DNA from: a virus
Taxonomy: Duplodnaviria; Caudoviricetes
Reading direction: 5' to 3' (one strand)
Virus record (IMG/VR): IMGVR_UViG_3300047359_001782
Location: 23,402 to 87,401 of that record
Length of the DNA stretch: 64,000 nucleotides
The notes under the pieces were generated by a model, which was given only the letters and a program-made list of their open reading frames with translations, ran no database searches and was not told the DNA's origin. A program made the position numbers and the translations under genes. Below are positions 37,076 through 47,751 of this stretch, piece after piece. Each line of letters begins with the position of its first letter. Position 1 is the stretch's first letter.

Positions 37076-40000
37076 GTGAAGAAGATTTTTTTACATGGAG
37101 AAATTGGCACTCTTTTTGATAAAGAGTGGTGCTTGAATGTAGATACTGTAGAGGAAGCTGTTCAGGCCATAGATGCTAATTCAGATGGCTTTATTGATTT
37201 TTTGATTAGAGAGCAAATTAATGGAAAAAATTATTTATGTTTACATAAACATCCTGAAAAAATAAAAACAAAAGGTGATTTTAAGAAAAATATCATTAAT
37301 CATCATCAGGATAGAATTAAATCTTCAATGCATATCGTTTGCGCCGCAGACGGAGGTTTTGTTACCGCTATGGCTACCAGTATTTTTGGCGCTGGAACTT
37401 TAGCTGCTCAAATTTTTACTTCTGTAGTTTGGGGAGCTATTACTCAGGTAGCAATGAATGTTTTATTTAAGCCTCCAAAACCTCCTGATCCGGGAAAAGC
37501 CGTTTCGACTAAATCTTTTTTAATAAAAGGGGCAACGAATCGACAAGCGCAAGGGATACCTGTTCCATTGGGCTACGGAAGGTTAATGATTGGGTCATCT
37601 AATGTTTCGGCTTCAATAAGAAGTTTTCCCCTCCCGAGGAAAACTAGTGTGGGTGACACAGCCTTAGAGTCTTATAGCGAGTTAACTTATTTAGATATTC
37701 TTTCTGAAGGGCCAATTCATGGTTTTGTTAATAAATTTGGAGGCAGTATTTCTGGTGGAGATATACGAGAGGGCATTTTTCTCAACAAGGTTCAGGTTAA
37801 AAATACAACCTCTGATGGAAGTGGTAGATTGAATTATATATTGAACGAAAACGAATCAGAGAGTTTCCCTTCTATTAAGAATGGGGCTGATTCTGAGTCA
37901 GTGGTAATGCTGCCTTACACTTCTTCCGTAGCTCAATACGATCAACTTTTATATGGAGCAGCTCCATACGGGAAAAAAAATGCTGGAGCGGCCGAATATT
38001 TTAGCCTTGAAAGCGCGGAATATAATGGAGCTTTAGCTTTTAATCATTTTGTATCTAACCCTAATGTTCAAAAACTAATTTTTGCGTTTAGGGTGGAACT
38101 TCGTAAAACAGTAATCGAGGGTAAAAAAGAAAAAGCTAAGCCAGTAACTAGACCTAATACGGTAAATTTCGCTATATACATATCTAAGGATAACCACTAC
38201 GTCCCTATAGTTGATGAGGAGTCTGGTTGTTCATACAAGTTTCATAAAGAATCTAATATTTCTATCTATGAACAGGGCGAAACTAAGCGAGGGTTTTCTT
38301 TGTCTGGAGTAGCCACATCCCCTTACCAGTTTGATATAGAAGTCGATTTTAGTAAACATAAATTAGTAATTGATGAGAGCGGGGGAGTGACATTTAAGGT
38401 TGTGAAATTAAGTCCTGAATATGATGGCTCTGCCAGAGGCGGTGATGTTGGTGGTATGGATAGAACTAGAACTTTGCAATTAGCTCACGTAGAAGAAGTT
38501 ATAGAAAGCAAGCTTTTGTATCCGCATTCCGCTATGTGCAAAGTCATTTTTGATAGCAAGAATTTTAGTTCAGTACCCGAAAGGAATTATCATTTAAAAT
38601 TAAAAAAAGTATTAATTCCGAGCAATTATGATCCTGTTAGTAGGTCTTATAATGGAGCTTGGAATGGACTGTTTAAAGGTCAGTATACCAAAAATCAGTC
38701 TTTAAGCTCCGTTAATGATGCCTTTCGATATTGGAGTGATAATCCAGCGTGGGTATTTTTTGATATACTCCATAATCCTAGGTTTGGTTTGGGTAAGTAT
38801 GGAATGAATGAAGATTTTATTGATAAATGGCAATTATATAAAGTAGCTAAGTATTGTGACGAGCTAGTTGAGACAGATTTCCCTATAGAGTGCGAGAATA
38901 ATATGCCTAAACCTTTTGAGACTTTCAATGTAGAATCAATTTCTTCAAGCGGAAATAAATCTTTTTCTATTACTATAGATGAGGGGTTTTTCGAATTAGA
39001 TTCGAATGATAGCTATCAGTTTTCTTCATACAAAGAAAGCTTATCTAGCGAAGATAAGAATGAAATCTTTAAGTCTGAATTTGGTGACGGAGAAAGCTTT
39101 AAAGGTAAAAAGATGGCCTTTTTTATTTATCAACATGGATATCAATTTGAGCAACTGAGTGAAGAACAAGTAAATAGTATAAAAAGAAAATCTGCAATGA
39201 GGGAAAGAGAGTTTGTTATACAAGAGCGGGCTATTTTATTTAGCGATGTAAACACAAAAACCGTTACTTTATCTGGGCCATCTTTTTCTGACAGTCAGGC
39301 CGTTTTTAAAGTTTCGGGCTCGTCCTCTCATAAGGTTGCTGGAGCATGCTGTGTTCAGAAGAATCATCCAGTCGTAGAGCCTCGGTTTACGGCTAATATA
39401 TACATATCTGATAAAACTGAAGCTCTTGATGCAATTAATTCTATGTCTTCGATTTTTAGGGGTATGATTACATACGCTTCAGGTAAAATATTTTCCACGC
39501 AAGATTCCTTGAAGCCTGCTGTAATGCTATTTAATAATTCTAATGTATCTAAAACAGGATTTCTATATTCTGGAATGAGCAAAACTAAAAGAGTTACTGC
39601 TGTATTGGTTAGATTTAATAATAAAGATAAGCAATTTAAGCCGGACGTTGTTTATGAAGAAGATGCGTCTGCCATGCAAAAATTTGGCTTCATAGATCAA
39701 GAAATTATGGGATTTGGTTTAACCTCTGAATCTCAAGCGAGAAGATTGGCTAAGTGGGTTTTATTAACCGCTCAATTAGAAAAAGAAACCGTAAGGTTTA
39801 CTGCTGGGCAAGAGGCTTCATATCTTCTCCCGGGCTCTATTTTTGAAGTTTCTGACGAAATCAGGGCTGGCCCAGACAAAAGCGGAAGAATTATTGGGGT
39901 TAGGGATAATCTAGAGTATACTGTAAACGAATCAAGTTTTCAGATTAACCAAACTGTTATATTGATAGATAAATCTATTAGTTCTTCTCTTAGTTTATCT

Positions 40001-41638
40001 TCTGTTGAACTTACGGTTTCTAGTCCGAGCCCTAATGAGAGTATTGAGAATATAGAAATTAGATCTCAAAATGAAAATGATTCAAATGATCAAGACGCTG
40101 AGATTAACGCATTAAGTTCTCCTCAGGTTTTAAAATTTGATGGCTCATTAGATTCTGTTTATTTTAAAGGTTCTGATAACGCTAATAGTCGTCAAACTGT
40201 AGTTAAGAATCTGCAGCTAAAGAAACTTTTTGAGGTAGAGTTGTCGTCGAATAAAATCAAATGCTTTAATCATGGTTTAACTGAAGGGGAGAGAATTAGA
40301 TTTTCATCTATGGGCGTTCTTCCTGGAGGGATATCTAGCAAGTATGTTTACCAAGTTAATTCTGTTACTAAGCACACTTTTAAGATTAAAAAAACCGCAG
40401 CCAATAATAATGTTAATATTGTAGATATTGGTAGAGACGAATTTTTGAATACGGGTGGAGATCATTATTTTATATATCAAGACAATAATAAAATAAGCGA
40501 CGCTTTGAGTTCAATACAAATCGGAGCTGTATATAGTATTAAGGGCATAATTGGAATAAAAGAAGAATTTTCCTGGTCTGAAGAAGAGAAAGGTAAACTC
40601 GGGTTAGTTTCTTCATCTGAATCCTCTTTTTATCAATCAGAATTCCTAGGAAGCGTTCAGCCTGGGGATGAATGGATATTTAGCCCGACTATGAATTGGG
40701 TGTATGTAGAAAATTTAAAAAGAGATATTTCCAATCAGGACCAGATGTGGCTTTTTGAAAAAGATATTGGTTGGTTTTGGACAAATAACGCAATTAAGGA
40801 TTCATTTTGGTATATAATTTCTATTAAAAAATGGGTTAATATTATATTTGAAGGAGATAGAAAGGAAGTTATTAGCGGTTTTTTTGTATATGACTATTCC
40901 TTGGTAAAAAAAGGAGATATTTATGTATTAGGTGATAGTAAGAAATTACCTATTGTAGAAACCACTTCTAATGGTTTTTTCCTTTCTCTAACTCAATCTA
41001 TTAACCTTCAGGATTTTGTTTTAAATCAATTAGGTTCCGCAGCTCAAGAGTCTTTAATTGACTTCGATTCTAACCCTGGTTTGTTTAAATCTAGGATTAA
41101 AGAATTTCATGCTGTGAATTCAGCAAATTCTCTTCAGGGGCAAAATTCTATAATTATTGAATTTTTTAATGAAAATAATTTAGATTTAAATTTAAATAAT
41201 GAATTAACTATAGAGCAAGTTTCTTCTGGTAATCTTGAATTTGATCAATTTATTAATAAAGACTTATCAGTTATTTTTGTAAACAAAAATTCCGTTGAGA
41301 TCGTTGATTCTTCAGGGGCTTATGATCTATTATCAATGATTGATATAAATGATTTCGCTATTATATCTGGAGTATCCGGTATTGGTTATGCAAGTTATAT
41401 AGCTAGACCAGAAGCTTCCGCAGAAAGAAAACTTCAGTCCCAATTATTTAGAGCTCTAAGCGTTAAAGAAGTTTCTAAGAATGAATTTGAGGTCACTGGT
41501 TTAGAGTATAATCCATATAAGTTTAGATATGTCGATAAAAAAGGTATAGCAAGAAAGCCAAAATCACCAATCCCTCCTCAAGCAGATATGGACGTTCCTG
41601 AAGCTCCTACTAATTTAATCTTAACAAGCCTAGTATAA
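37076..41638 (+). CDS. Fused gpI (ubiquitin-like) + gpJ-like central tail tip protein
   Basis: KIFLHGEIG..F..EAVQAIDAN..HIV...GG (gpI), QGIPVPLGYGRL, DILSEGPI.G, IPSNYDP..Y.G.W.G.FK, WSDNPAW, DKWQLY..A.YCDELV, EPRF, ESQARRLAKW. Confidence 0.92.
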   Translation: MKKIFLHGEIGTLFDKEWCLNVDTVEEAVQAIDANSDGFIDFLIREQINGKNYLCLHKHPEKIKTKGDFKKNIINHHQDRIKSSMHIVCAADGGFVTAMATSIFGAGTLAAQIFTSVVWGAITQVAMNVLFKPPKPPDPGKAVSTKSFLIKGATNRQAQGIPVPLGYGRLMIGSSNVSASIRSFPLPRKTSVGDTALESYSELTYLDILSEGPIHGFVNKFGGSISGGDIREGIFLNKVQVKNTTSDGSGRLNYILNENESESFPSIKNGADSESVVMLPYTSSVAQYDQLLYGAAPYGKKNAGAAEYFSLESAEYNGALAFNHFVSNPNVQKLIFAFRVELRKTVIEGKKEKAKPVTRPNTVNFAIYISKDNHYVPIVDEESGCSYKFHKESNISIYEQGETKRGFSLSGVATSPYQFDIEVDFSKHKLVIDESGGVTFKVVKLSPEYDGSARGGDVGGMDRTRTLQLAHVEEVIESKLLYPHSAMCKVIFDSKNFSSVPERNYHLKLKKVLIPSNYDPVSRSYNGAWNGLFKGQYTKNQSLSSVNDAFRYWSDNPAWVFFDILHNPRFGLGKYGMNEDFIDKWQLYKVAKYCDELVETDFPIECENNMPKPFETFNVESISSSGNKSFSITIDEGFFELDSNDSYQFSSYKESLSSEDKNEIFKSEFGDGESFKGKKMAFFIYQHGYQFEQLSEEQVNSIKRKSAMREREFVIQERAILFSDVNTKTVTLSGPSFSDSQAVFKVSGSSSHKVAGACCVQKNHPVVEPRFTANIYISDKTEALDAINSMSSIFRGMITYASGKIFSTQDSLKPAVMLFNNSNVSKTGFLYSGMSKTKRVTAVLVRFNNKDKQFKPDVVYEEDASAMQKFGFIDQEIMGFGLTSESQARRLAKWVLLTAQLEKETVRFTAGQEASYLLPGSIFEVSDEIRAGPDKSGRIIGVRDNLEYTVNESSFQINQTVILIDKSISSSLSLSSVELTVSSPSPNESIENIEIRSQNENDSNDQDAEINALSSPQVLKFDGSLDSVYFKGSDNANSRQTVVKNLQLKKLFEVELSSNKIKCFNHGLTEGERIRFSSMGVLPGGISSKYVYQVNSVTKHTFKIKKTAANNNVNIVDIGRDEFLNTGGDHYFIYQDNNKISDALSSIQIGAVYSIKGIIGIKEEFSWSEEEKGKLGLVSSSESSFYQSEFLGSVQPGDEWIFSPTMNWVYVENLKRDISNQDQMWLFEKDIGWFWTNNAIKDSFWYIISIKKWVNIIFEGDRKEVISGFFVYDYSLVKKGDIYVLGDSKKLPIVETTSNGFFLSLTQSINLQDFVLNQLGSAAQESLIDFDSNPGLFKSRIKEFHAVNSANSLQGQNSIIIEFFNENNLDLNLNNELTIEQVSSGNLEFDQFINKDLSVIFVNKNSVEIVDSSGAYDLLSMIDINDFAIISGVSGIGYASYIARPEASAERKLQSQLFRALSVKEVSKNEFEVTGLEYNPYKFRYVDKKGIARKPKSPIPPQADMDVPEAPTNLILTSLV

Positions 41639-44600
41639 TGTTATCTACAGCAATATCGATAGAATTTGAAGTTCATGATTTAGACTCTTTTTATAAAATT
41701 GTCGGGAGTTCTCAAAATTATTCTTTTGAAGAAAATCTAGGATTGGGCTCAAATTTGGTTGACCACGAAGGATCTGTTGCGAATAAAGTAATATCCTTAA
41801 AAGGTAACTATGGAGAATTTTCTATTAAACTGTTTGCTGAGAGCTCCTTAGGTATAAGGTCTAGTTTTATAGAGGAAGATATTGTTGTTTCTCCCCCTTC
41901 TTTTGATGGAACTTTTACTTTTTCTAATTTAAGAGTTAGTAATTTACCCGAAGATAGTAATAGGGGTTATCACATTGATACCCAGCCAACTATAAGTCAG
42001 AATGAGTTGATTGTACATTCTGAGTTTATAAATAAAAATATATCTTTTAACTGGGAGTTAGTTCCACCTGAAGGTCATTACTTACAGGGAAAAAGTGTGT
42101 CCTCTGATTTATTGAATGATGATTTTCTTTCGGGATTTAAATTGGAATTTTTAAATAATGGACAATCATTAGATTTTTCATCCATGGATGAAAATTCCGA
42201 CGGAATGATTGCTTTATCCGAACAGTTCTCGACTGCACCAGGTAATATATATAATGTATTTAATAACTATAGAAATTTTTCTTTTGAATTAAATCAGGAT
42301 GTATTCGAAGGGCTCGATTTGTCGAGAGAAATAGATTTAAGGATAACGGCTGTAGATTCGTTTGGGGTGGAGTCTACAGGAGCAATTAAAGCAAAAAATT
42401 ATCCTCCTACTATATTTAATTTTGTAGATTCTTTTAGATCTTCATCTATAGATATGTCTTGGTCCGAGGGGGATACAGATTATTCTGGTGTGAGAATTAG
42501 AGCCTTAGCTATACCTTATGAAAATAAAATTTTCAACGAAAAAAGTATATCTGACTCTCTTCAGTATTACTCTGGACTAAGCAACTCTAGGCCTTACCAA
42601 GCTCTTAATTACTCTAAATATTATGCTGGAGAAAAAGTCTTATATCAAGATGGTAATGTATATGAATGTTTGGAATCTTTTGTTAGGCGGTCCGTTAGTG
42701 ATGATCCAGCTCATTCATCAAGTAAATGGAGAAGTCTTGGAGAGTCTATAAATTTTGAGTATACGGAAGAGTTTGTTAATTTATATAGTTTTTCATTAAA
42801 TCAAAGCTGGGGCTTGAAATATTATTACGACCTACTACCTTTTGATCAGTATGGTTCTGGGGATTTAATGAATGTATCTGATCAGGGTTTATCTTTGGCG
42901 AGCGATTCAATATTAAAAAGTTATCAGTCAGAAATAAAATTAAGTGAAATTCAATACAGAGAAAATAAAGATAGTTTTATTTTTAACTGGGAAGTACTGG
43001 ATCAAGATAATCAGTCTGTTGATATTGACAAATTTAGATTCTCATTATCCAGCTCCGATATTCCTTCTATATTAGGAATAAGTGGATCTTTGTTTGATAG
43101 TGATACGAATGTGTTTCTTAGTGGAATTACGGAAGGTAATAACTCTAAAAGTTTATCTGTAGATTCTGATGGGTTTGCTCAAGTTAATTTTGAGCTTCCT
43201 ACAACGAAGAACTTCAGCTCCTTTCAGTATACTCGAGAGCTGAATAATGAAATATATGGGACAGGTGGTTTTGTTAGCAATTACAGAGATTATGAAATCG
43301 GGCAATCATATTCATCTGCAGATTACGTTTTGTCTGAAGATGGAAAAATATTTCAACTATTGTTTGAACCGCAATTAGAGGTTAGTCCTTTTTATGAAGA
43401 TTGGTCTAATACTAAAAGTTATTCGGTTGGGGATAAGTTTAAATATCAAAATGTAATTTTTAATACAAAATCTTCTTTCAGAGAAAATGATTCTAGGTTT
43501 AAGGGTATATATAGCGAAAGCGGATCTTATTCTATTAATGATATTGTTATTTCTCCTAATTATCAAATAAGAATTTTCTCTTTGGGGACAACATATGACC
43601 AAGGAGAGTTTATTCTTTATGAAGGGTGTATATACAAAGCTTTATTTTCAAACAATCAAACTCCATCTCCTTTGTCAGATTTTTGGGAAAAAGCTACGCC
43701 TTTTGATGATGTAGCTTGCGACTATTATAAGTTAGTTAATGATTTTAATATAAAAATACCTCATGAGTCTCCGTATAACTGGAAAAAAATAAACCCATTA
43801 ATTTTATCAGATGATTCGGATTATTTTGAGGTTTATATCCCTAGTTATCAATATAATGTTTCTCATTGGTCTAGTCAGGAAAGCTATAGTCCTGGTGATA
43901 TAGTTTTATATAATAATGATATATGGAGCGGCCTAGATTTTAGTTATAATCAAATACCTACTAGCAGCCCGAATCATTGGAGCGATAATATTGCTCAATA
44001 CTCATCTTATTATGGTAGGAATTATCTTTCTGGAGATTTAGTTCAAAGTAATAATTATATTTACAAGTGTTTGGTGGATAACCCTTCTGGTGGACCTCTA
44101 TTAGCTCAATCTAATGTTGGTGAAAAAATAAATTCAACGTATCTGGAATCTAATTGGCTTCCTGTTTGGGAAGAGAAAATAGAATATAATGATCTCATTT
44201 TTAGTCACATAGGAATTCCAGAAAGCGGTAAGAGGAATATAGGTATAGAAATTGGTATTATAGATACAGATGGTAATATTGTAGATATAAAAAGGAAGGT
44301 TGCTGAGAATCCTCCTCCTGTTATTACTGATAATAGTTTTAAGTATCAAAATATTACTAATGTTAAAATCCCTAATAGCTTAGACTCTTTGACGGAGGCT
44401 AGTAAGGTTAAATTTAATTTTAATTATATTGACGGAGGGCTTAGGGAAAAAACAACAAAGGTTAATCTTTATAGATCTAGCGAACAAAACTTTTCAATAA
44501 CAGGGGTTGACGGGTTACTCTACGACTCTTTAACTGAGGGAGGTTCAACCTTAGTTAAAACAGTTATTGGTGCAGCAGATGCAACGTTCGGCGATAATAT

Positions 44601-47600
44601 TAATCAGATAATTGATGAACCTCCAGTACCTGTAGTTAATGGTGTTGAAGAAAAAACTGGTTACTTTTATAAAATACTTCCTTTTGACGATTTTGGATCG
44701 GGCTCTTTGTATCAAGTAGATGAGAAAGTTCTAGTTTGGCCTCGCAATTACAGTAATAATAATAAAAATGGTTTGCCTGGGCCGGTATTAAGTTTGACCG
44801 AAGACGAAATTCCTGGATCGGTGAATAATTTTAATGGAGATACGAGTTTTAATACTTACTTTCTTAATTGGGATATGCCTTCATCTCAGAGATTGAATAA
44901 TAATATTATTAATATCCCTCCAAATGATTTAAGCCATTATGAGTTATGGTTTAAATATATTAATGATGATAATGAGCAGTCTTTAATAGATAAGGGCGAT
45001 TTAGATGCTAATTTTAAAACGGGAGACAATGAGAATTTTAAAAGCGAAGATAATGATGGGTATAGAAGAATTAATGGGGATATATTATCTTCTATTGGCG
45101 CTTCTGAGGATATTCCTGTAGATCAATTAGATCCGGGTTTAAAAATAACTAATGCGACTAATATATTTAATATTCCTGCATCTTCTCCTTCTATTAATGT
45201 GTCTCATGCAGGGGAAGTTCATGAAAGTGGATTCTTTTGGGTTAGAGCTGTAGATAAAGCTGGCAATAAAGGCCCTTTCATGGGAGACGCTTCTGAGTCG
45301 GAAGAAAGCTTGTACGTACCAGGTTTACCTCTTGTTTTAGCAGGGGTGAGAACTACGGATGTAGTTGGTTTCCAAAAAGACATAACTAAGGAATTCAGAA
45401 ATACACCTATGATAATTTCGTCTCAGGGTAATGATCCATTCTCTCTTAGTAATGGGCTTCTATCTTGGATTACTCATACTGTATGGCTAAACGGCAACGC
45501 TTATCACGTAAACTCTGGTACTGCAACTAATAATTCTGATCAAATTAATTATATATATTGGGATCCATCTGCTGGCTCCAACTATACCCTATTAAACGAG
45601 AATCCTTCTAATGATGAAAATAATTCTGGTTTCATTATAGCGACTTTCACAAAAGATGTTAAACAAGTTAGTTATCATGCTTTTGCTAATGCATTGATTG
45701 GTACGGCTCAAATTTCAAATGCAGCAATAACTGATGCTAAGATCAAAAGTTTAAAAGCGGATCAGATAACCGCTGGAGATGGATTAATAGCAGATCTTCA
45801 GATAACAGAAGGATTAATTAAGTCTAAAAATTTCGACATCAATGGTAGTGGGAAAGGTTTTCAATTAAAAAATGATGGCACTTTTATATTTAGAGGATTT
45901 AGTAATCAGGGTGGAGAAAGTTCTTTGGAATTAGATTCTAATTCCAACTTAATTTTGAAGGGGAAATTTAGGCAGGTTAGTGGAAATGATTTTGACTTTA
46001 TTGAAATTGTACCCTCTCCTTCTTATTTTAAATATATTGAACATAATGGGGGGTTAGTGTTAGATGAGAATTCTCATGATAAAATTTTAATAGATGTTTA
46101 TTTTAGGAATACTAGCGTAAGTAGCACAAATGATGTAACTTTAAGCTTGAAATATATTGATTCAAATGGAGATATTCAGCAAATATCTAATTCAGACAGT
46201 AATTTTACTGCCATAAAGAATTCTGCTCAATTTAGTTCGCTAAATAATCAAAGTGACGGAAGCGTTGTAAGTTATGAAGTTTCTGCTACTCAATTCAATT
46301 CTTTGATTACCAAGGGCGATTTTATGGCAGATAGTTTGATGTTTTTTATCAAAAGTAATCTATCAAATATAGAGCAATCAATAAGTATACCTAGGTTAAC
46401 TGAAGGTAAGGAGGGATCTCCTGCTAGGGTTGTTAAATTGGAGGCGGATTCTTATATAATAAAATACGATAATAACGAACAAAATCCTGATCCTGATGAA
46501 ATAAAATTTACTATTGAAGAACAGGGTTTTAAAGATCCAAAGTACATATGGAAAATAGACGGCTTTACTAGAAGTGCGCCCGATACATCTAATACTTTAA
46601 CTATTGATACTGATGATTATGATTGGTTTGATTTTCGAAGTAAACCTTATCTTGTTAATGCGGAAGTAAGGGAGCGGGATGATTCGTTGGTTAGTGCGAC
46701 TGATAGTGTAACAATTGTGTCTATTAGGGATGGAATTCAGGGGTCTGTGGGAAGAACTCCAACATATAGAGGTGAGTGGAGTCAGTATGAGACTTATTAT
46801 TCTGTAGGGGATGTCGAGGATAAGGCTGTTAGAGGAGATGTGGTAAGATATGAAGAAAATAATAACACAGCAGATAAGTACTTTATATGCGTCAAAACCC
46901 ATAATACTCAAAAAAGTAAAGCTTATTCCAAGAAGCCGGTTTTTGGTGCTGGTTATACAACACTAAACTCTACTTATTGGGCTCCATTTGGCGCAGAATT
47001 TGAGAGTGTAGCCACCTCACTTTTGCTTACTGAAAAAGCTTATGTTACTAATTCTTTAATTATAGGAGATGGTGAAAGAACTGGTACTATAGTGTCAAAT
47101 GAAGAAAATAATGATTCAGGTGTTTTTGTTGGGGGTTTTGATCAAGATGGAAATAAAAAGGCTAATGACCTTGGGTATTTGTATCCTGGATTTAGAATAG
47201 AAAGGGGTTTAGATGAAAGTGGTTCAGGTTTTGTTGTATTTGATGTTGGTGGAGCAAGAGAAAATGACGAAGATCTTGTTTCTTACATTAGATATAGCTC
47301 TGCCGTTGGGAAGTTTGAGATTAGGGGGGCAAGCGTTAATAATACGAGTCGGGAAAATGTTATTGCCTCATTTAATTCCTTAGATGATAGTTTTAGTTAT
47401 GTCGATGAAGATATTAAGGATACGTTAGCTACTTTTGTTGGAGGTGGGTACGATAATAAAATTCAAGATCCAGATAAAGACACTAATAGTTATAAATCTC
47501 TTGCGTCATGCATTATAGGCGGCGGGAAGAACGAAATTGAAGGAAGGTTTTCTTTTGTTGGTGCTGGTTTTGGGAATGTCTGTAAGGATAATTTTTCTGC

Positions 47601-47751
47601 AATTATTGCGGGTTATAATAATAAAATGCCTGAAGATAGCGCAAGTAATCAGGGGGCTAATTTTATAGGGGGCGGGCAAAATAATATTATAGAGGGTGGG
47701 ACAAATCAAGCTATTTTAAATGGGCAGAATAATATAATAGGCAATGTCTGA
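41638..47751 (+). CDS. Large tail-tip/fibre protein with FN3-like domains, CBM5/12-like repeats and C-terminal beta-helix repeats
   Basis: Repeated W....Y..GD.V.Y....Y units; FWVRAVDKAGN; IGTAQISNAAITDAKI (gpJ C-terminal type); GGG.xN.I repeats at the end. Confidence 0.75.
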   Translation: MLSTAISIEFEVHDLDSFYKIVGSSQNYSFEENLGLGSNLVDHEGSVANKVISLKGNYGEFSIKLFAESSLGIRSSFIEEDIVVSPPSFDGTFTFSNLRVSNLPEDSNRGYHIDTQPTISQNELIVHSEFINKNISFNWELVPPEGHYLQGKSVSSDLLNDDFLSGFKLEFLNNGQSLDFSSMDENSDGMIALSEQFSTAPGNIYNVFNNYRNFSFELNQDVFEGLDLSREIDLRITAVDSFGVESTGAIKAKNYPPTIFNFVDSFRSSSIDMSWSEGDTDYSGVRIRALAIPYENKIFNEKSISDSLQYYSGLSNSRPYQALNYSKYYAGEKVLYQDGNVYECLESFVRRSVSDDPAHSSSKWRSLGESINFEYTEEFVNLYSFSLNQSWGLKYYYDLLPFDQYGSGDLMNVSDQGLSLASDSILKSYQSEIKLSEIQYRENKDSFIFNWEVLDQDNQSVDIDKFRFSLSSSDIPSILGISGSLFDSDTNVFLSGITEGNNSKSLSVDSDGFAQVNFELPTTKNFSSFQYTRELNNEIYGTGGFVSNYRDYEIGQSYSSADYVLSEDGKIFQLLFEPQLEVSPFYEDWSNTKSYSVGDKFKYQNVIFNTKSSFRENDSRFKGIYSESGSYSINDIVISPNYQIRIFSLGTTYDQGEFILYEGCIYKALFSNNQTPSPLSDFWEKATPFDDVACDYYKLVNDFNIKIPHESPYNWKKINPLILSDDSDYFEVYIPSYQYNVSHWSSQESYSPGDIVLYNNDIWSGLDFSYNQIPTSSPNHWSDNIAQYSSYYGRNYLSGDLVQSNNYIYKCLVDNPSGGPLLAQSNVGEKINSTYLESNWLPVWEEKIEYNDLIFSHIGIPESGKRNIGIEIGIIDTDGNIVDIKRKVAENPPPVITDNSFKYQNITNVKIPNSLDSLTEASKVKFNFNYIDGGLREKTTKVNLYRSSEQNFSITGVDGLLYDSLTEGGSTLVKTVIGAADATFGDNINQIIDEPPVPVVNGVEEKTGYFYKILPFDDFGSGSLYQVDEKVLVWPRNYSNNNKNGLPGPVLSLTEDEIPGSVNNFNGDTSFNTYFLNWDMPSSQRLNNNIINIPPNDLSHYELWFKYINDDNEQSLIDKGDLDANFKTGDNENFKSEDNDGYRRINGDILSSIGASEDIPVDQLDPGLKITNATNIFNIPASSPSINVSHAGEVHESGFFWVRAVDKAGNKGPFMGDASESEESLYVPGLPLVLAGVRTTDVVGFQKDITKEFRNTPMIISSQGNDPFSLSNGLLSWITHTVWLNGNAYHVNSGTATNNSDQINYIYWDPSAGSNYTLLNENPSNDENNSGFIIATFTKDVKQVSYHAFANALIGTAQISNAAITDAKIKSLKADQITAGDGLIADLQITEGLIKSKNFDINGSGKGFQLKNDGTFIFRGFSNQGGESSLELDSNSNLILKGKFRQVSGNDFDFIEIVPSPSYFKYIEHNGGLVLDENSHDKILIDVYFRNTSVSSTNDVTLSLKYIDSNGDIQQISNSDSNFTAIKNSAQFSSLNNQSDGSVVSYEVSATQFNSLITKGDFMADSLMFFIKSNLSNIEQSISIPRLTEGKEGSPARVVKLEADSYIIKYDNNEQNPDPDEIKFTIEEQGFKDPKYIWKIDGFTRSAPDTSNTLTIDTDDYDWFDFRSKPYLVNAEVRERDDSLVSATDSVTIVSIRDGIQGSVGRTPTYRGEWSQYETYYSVGDVEDKAVRGDVVRYEENNNTADKYFICVKTHNTQKSKAYSKKPVFGAGYTTLNSTYWAPFGAEFESVATSLLLTEKAYVTNSLIIGDGERTGTIVSNEENNDSGVFVGGFDQDGNKKANDLGYLYPGFRIERGLDESGSGFVVFDVGGARENDEDLVSYIRYSSAVGKFEIRGASVNNTSRENVIASFNSLDDSFSYVDEDIKDTLATFVGGGYDNKIQDPDKDTNSYKSLASCIIGGGKNEIEGRFSFVGAGFGNVCKDNFSAIIAGYNNKMPEDSASNQGANFIGGGQNNIIEGGTNQAILNGQNNIIGNV

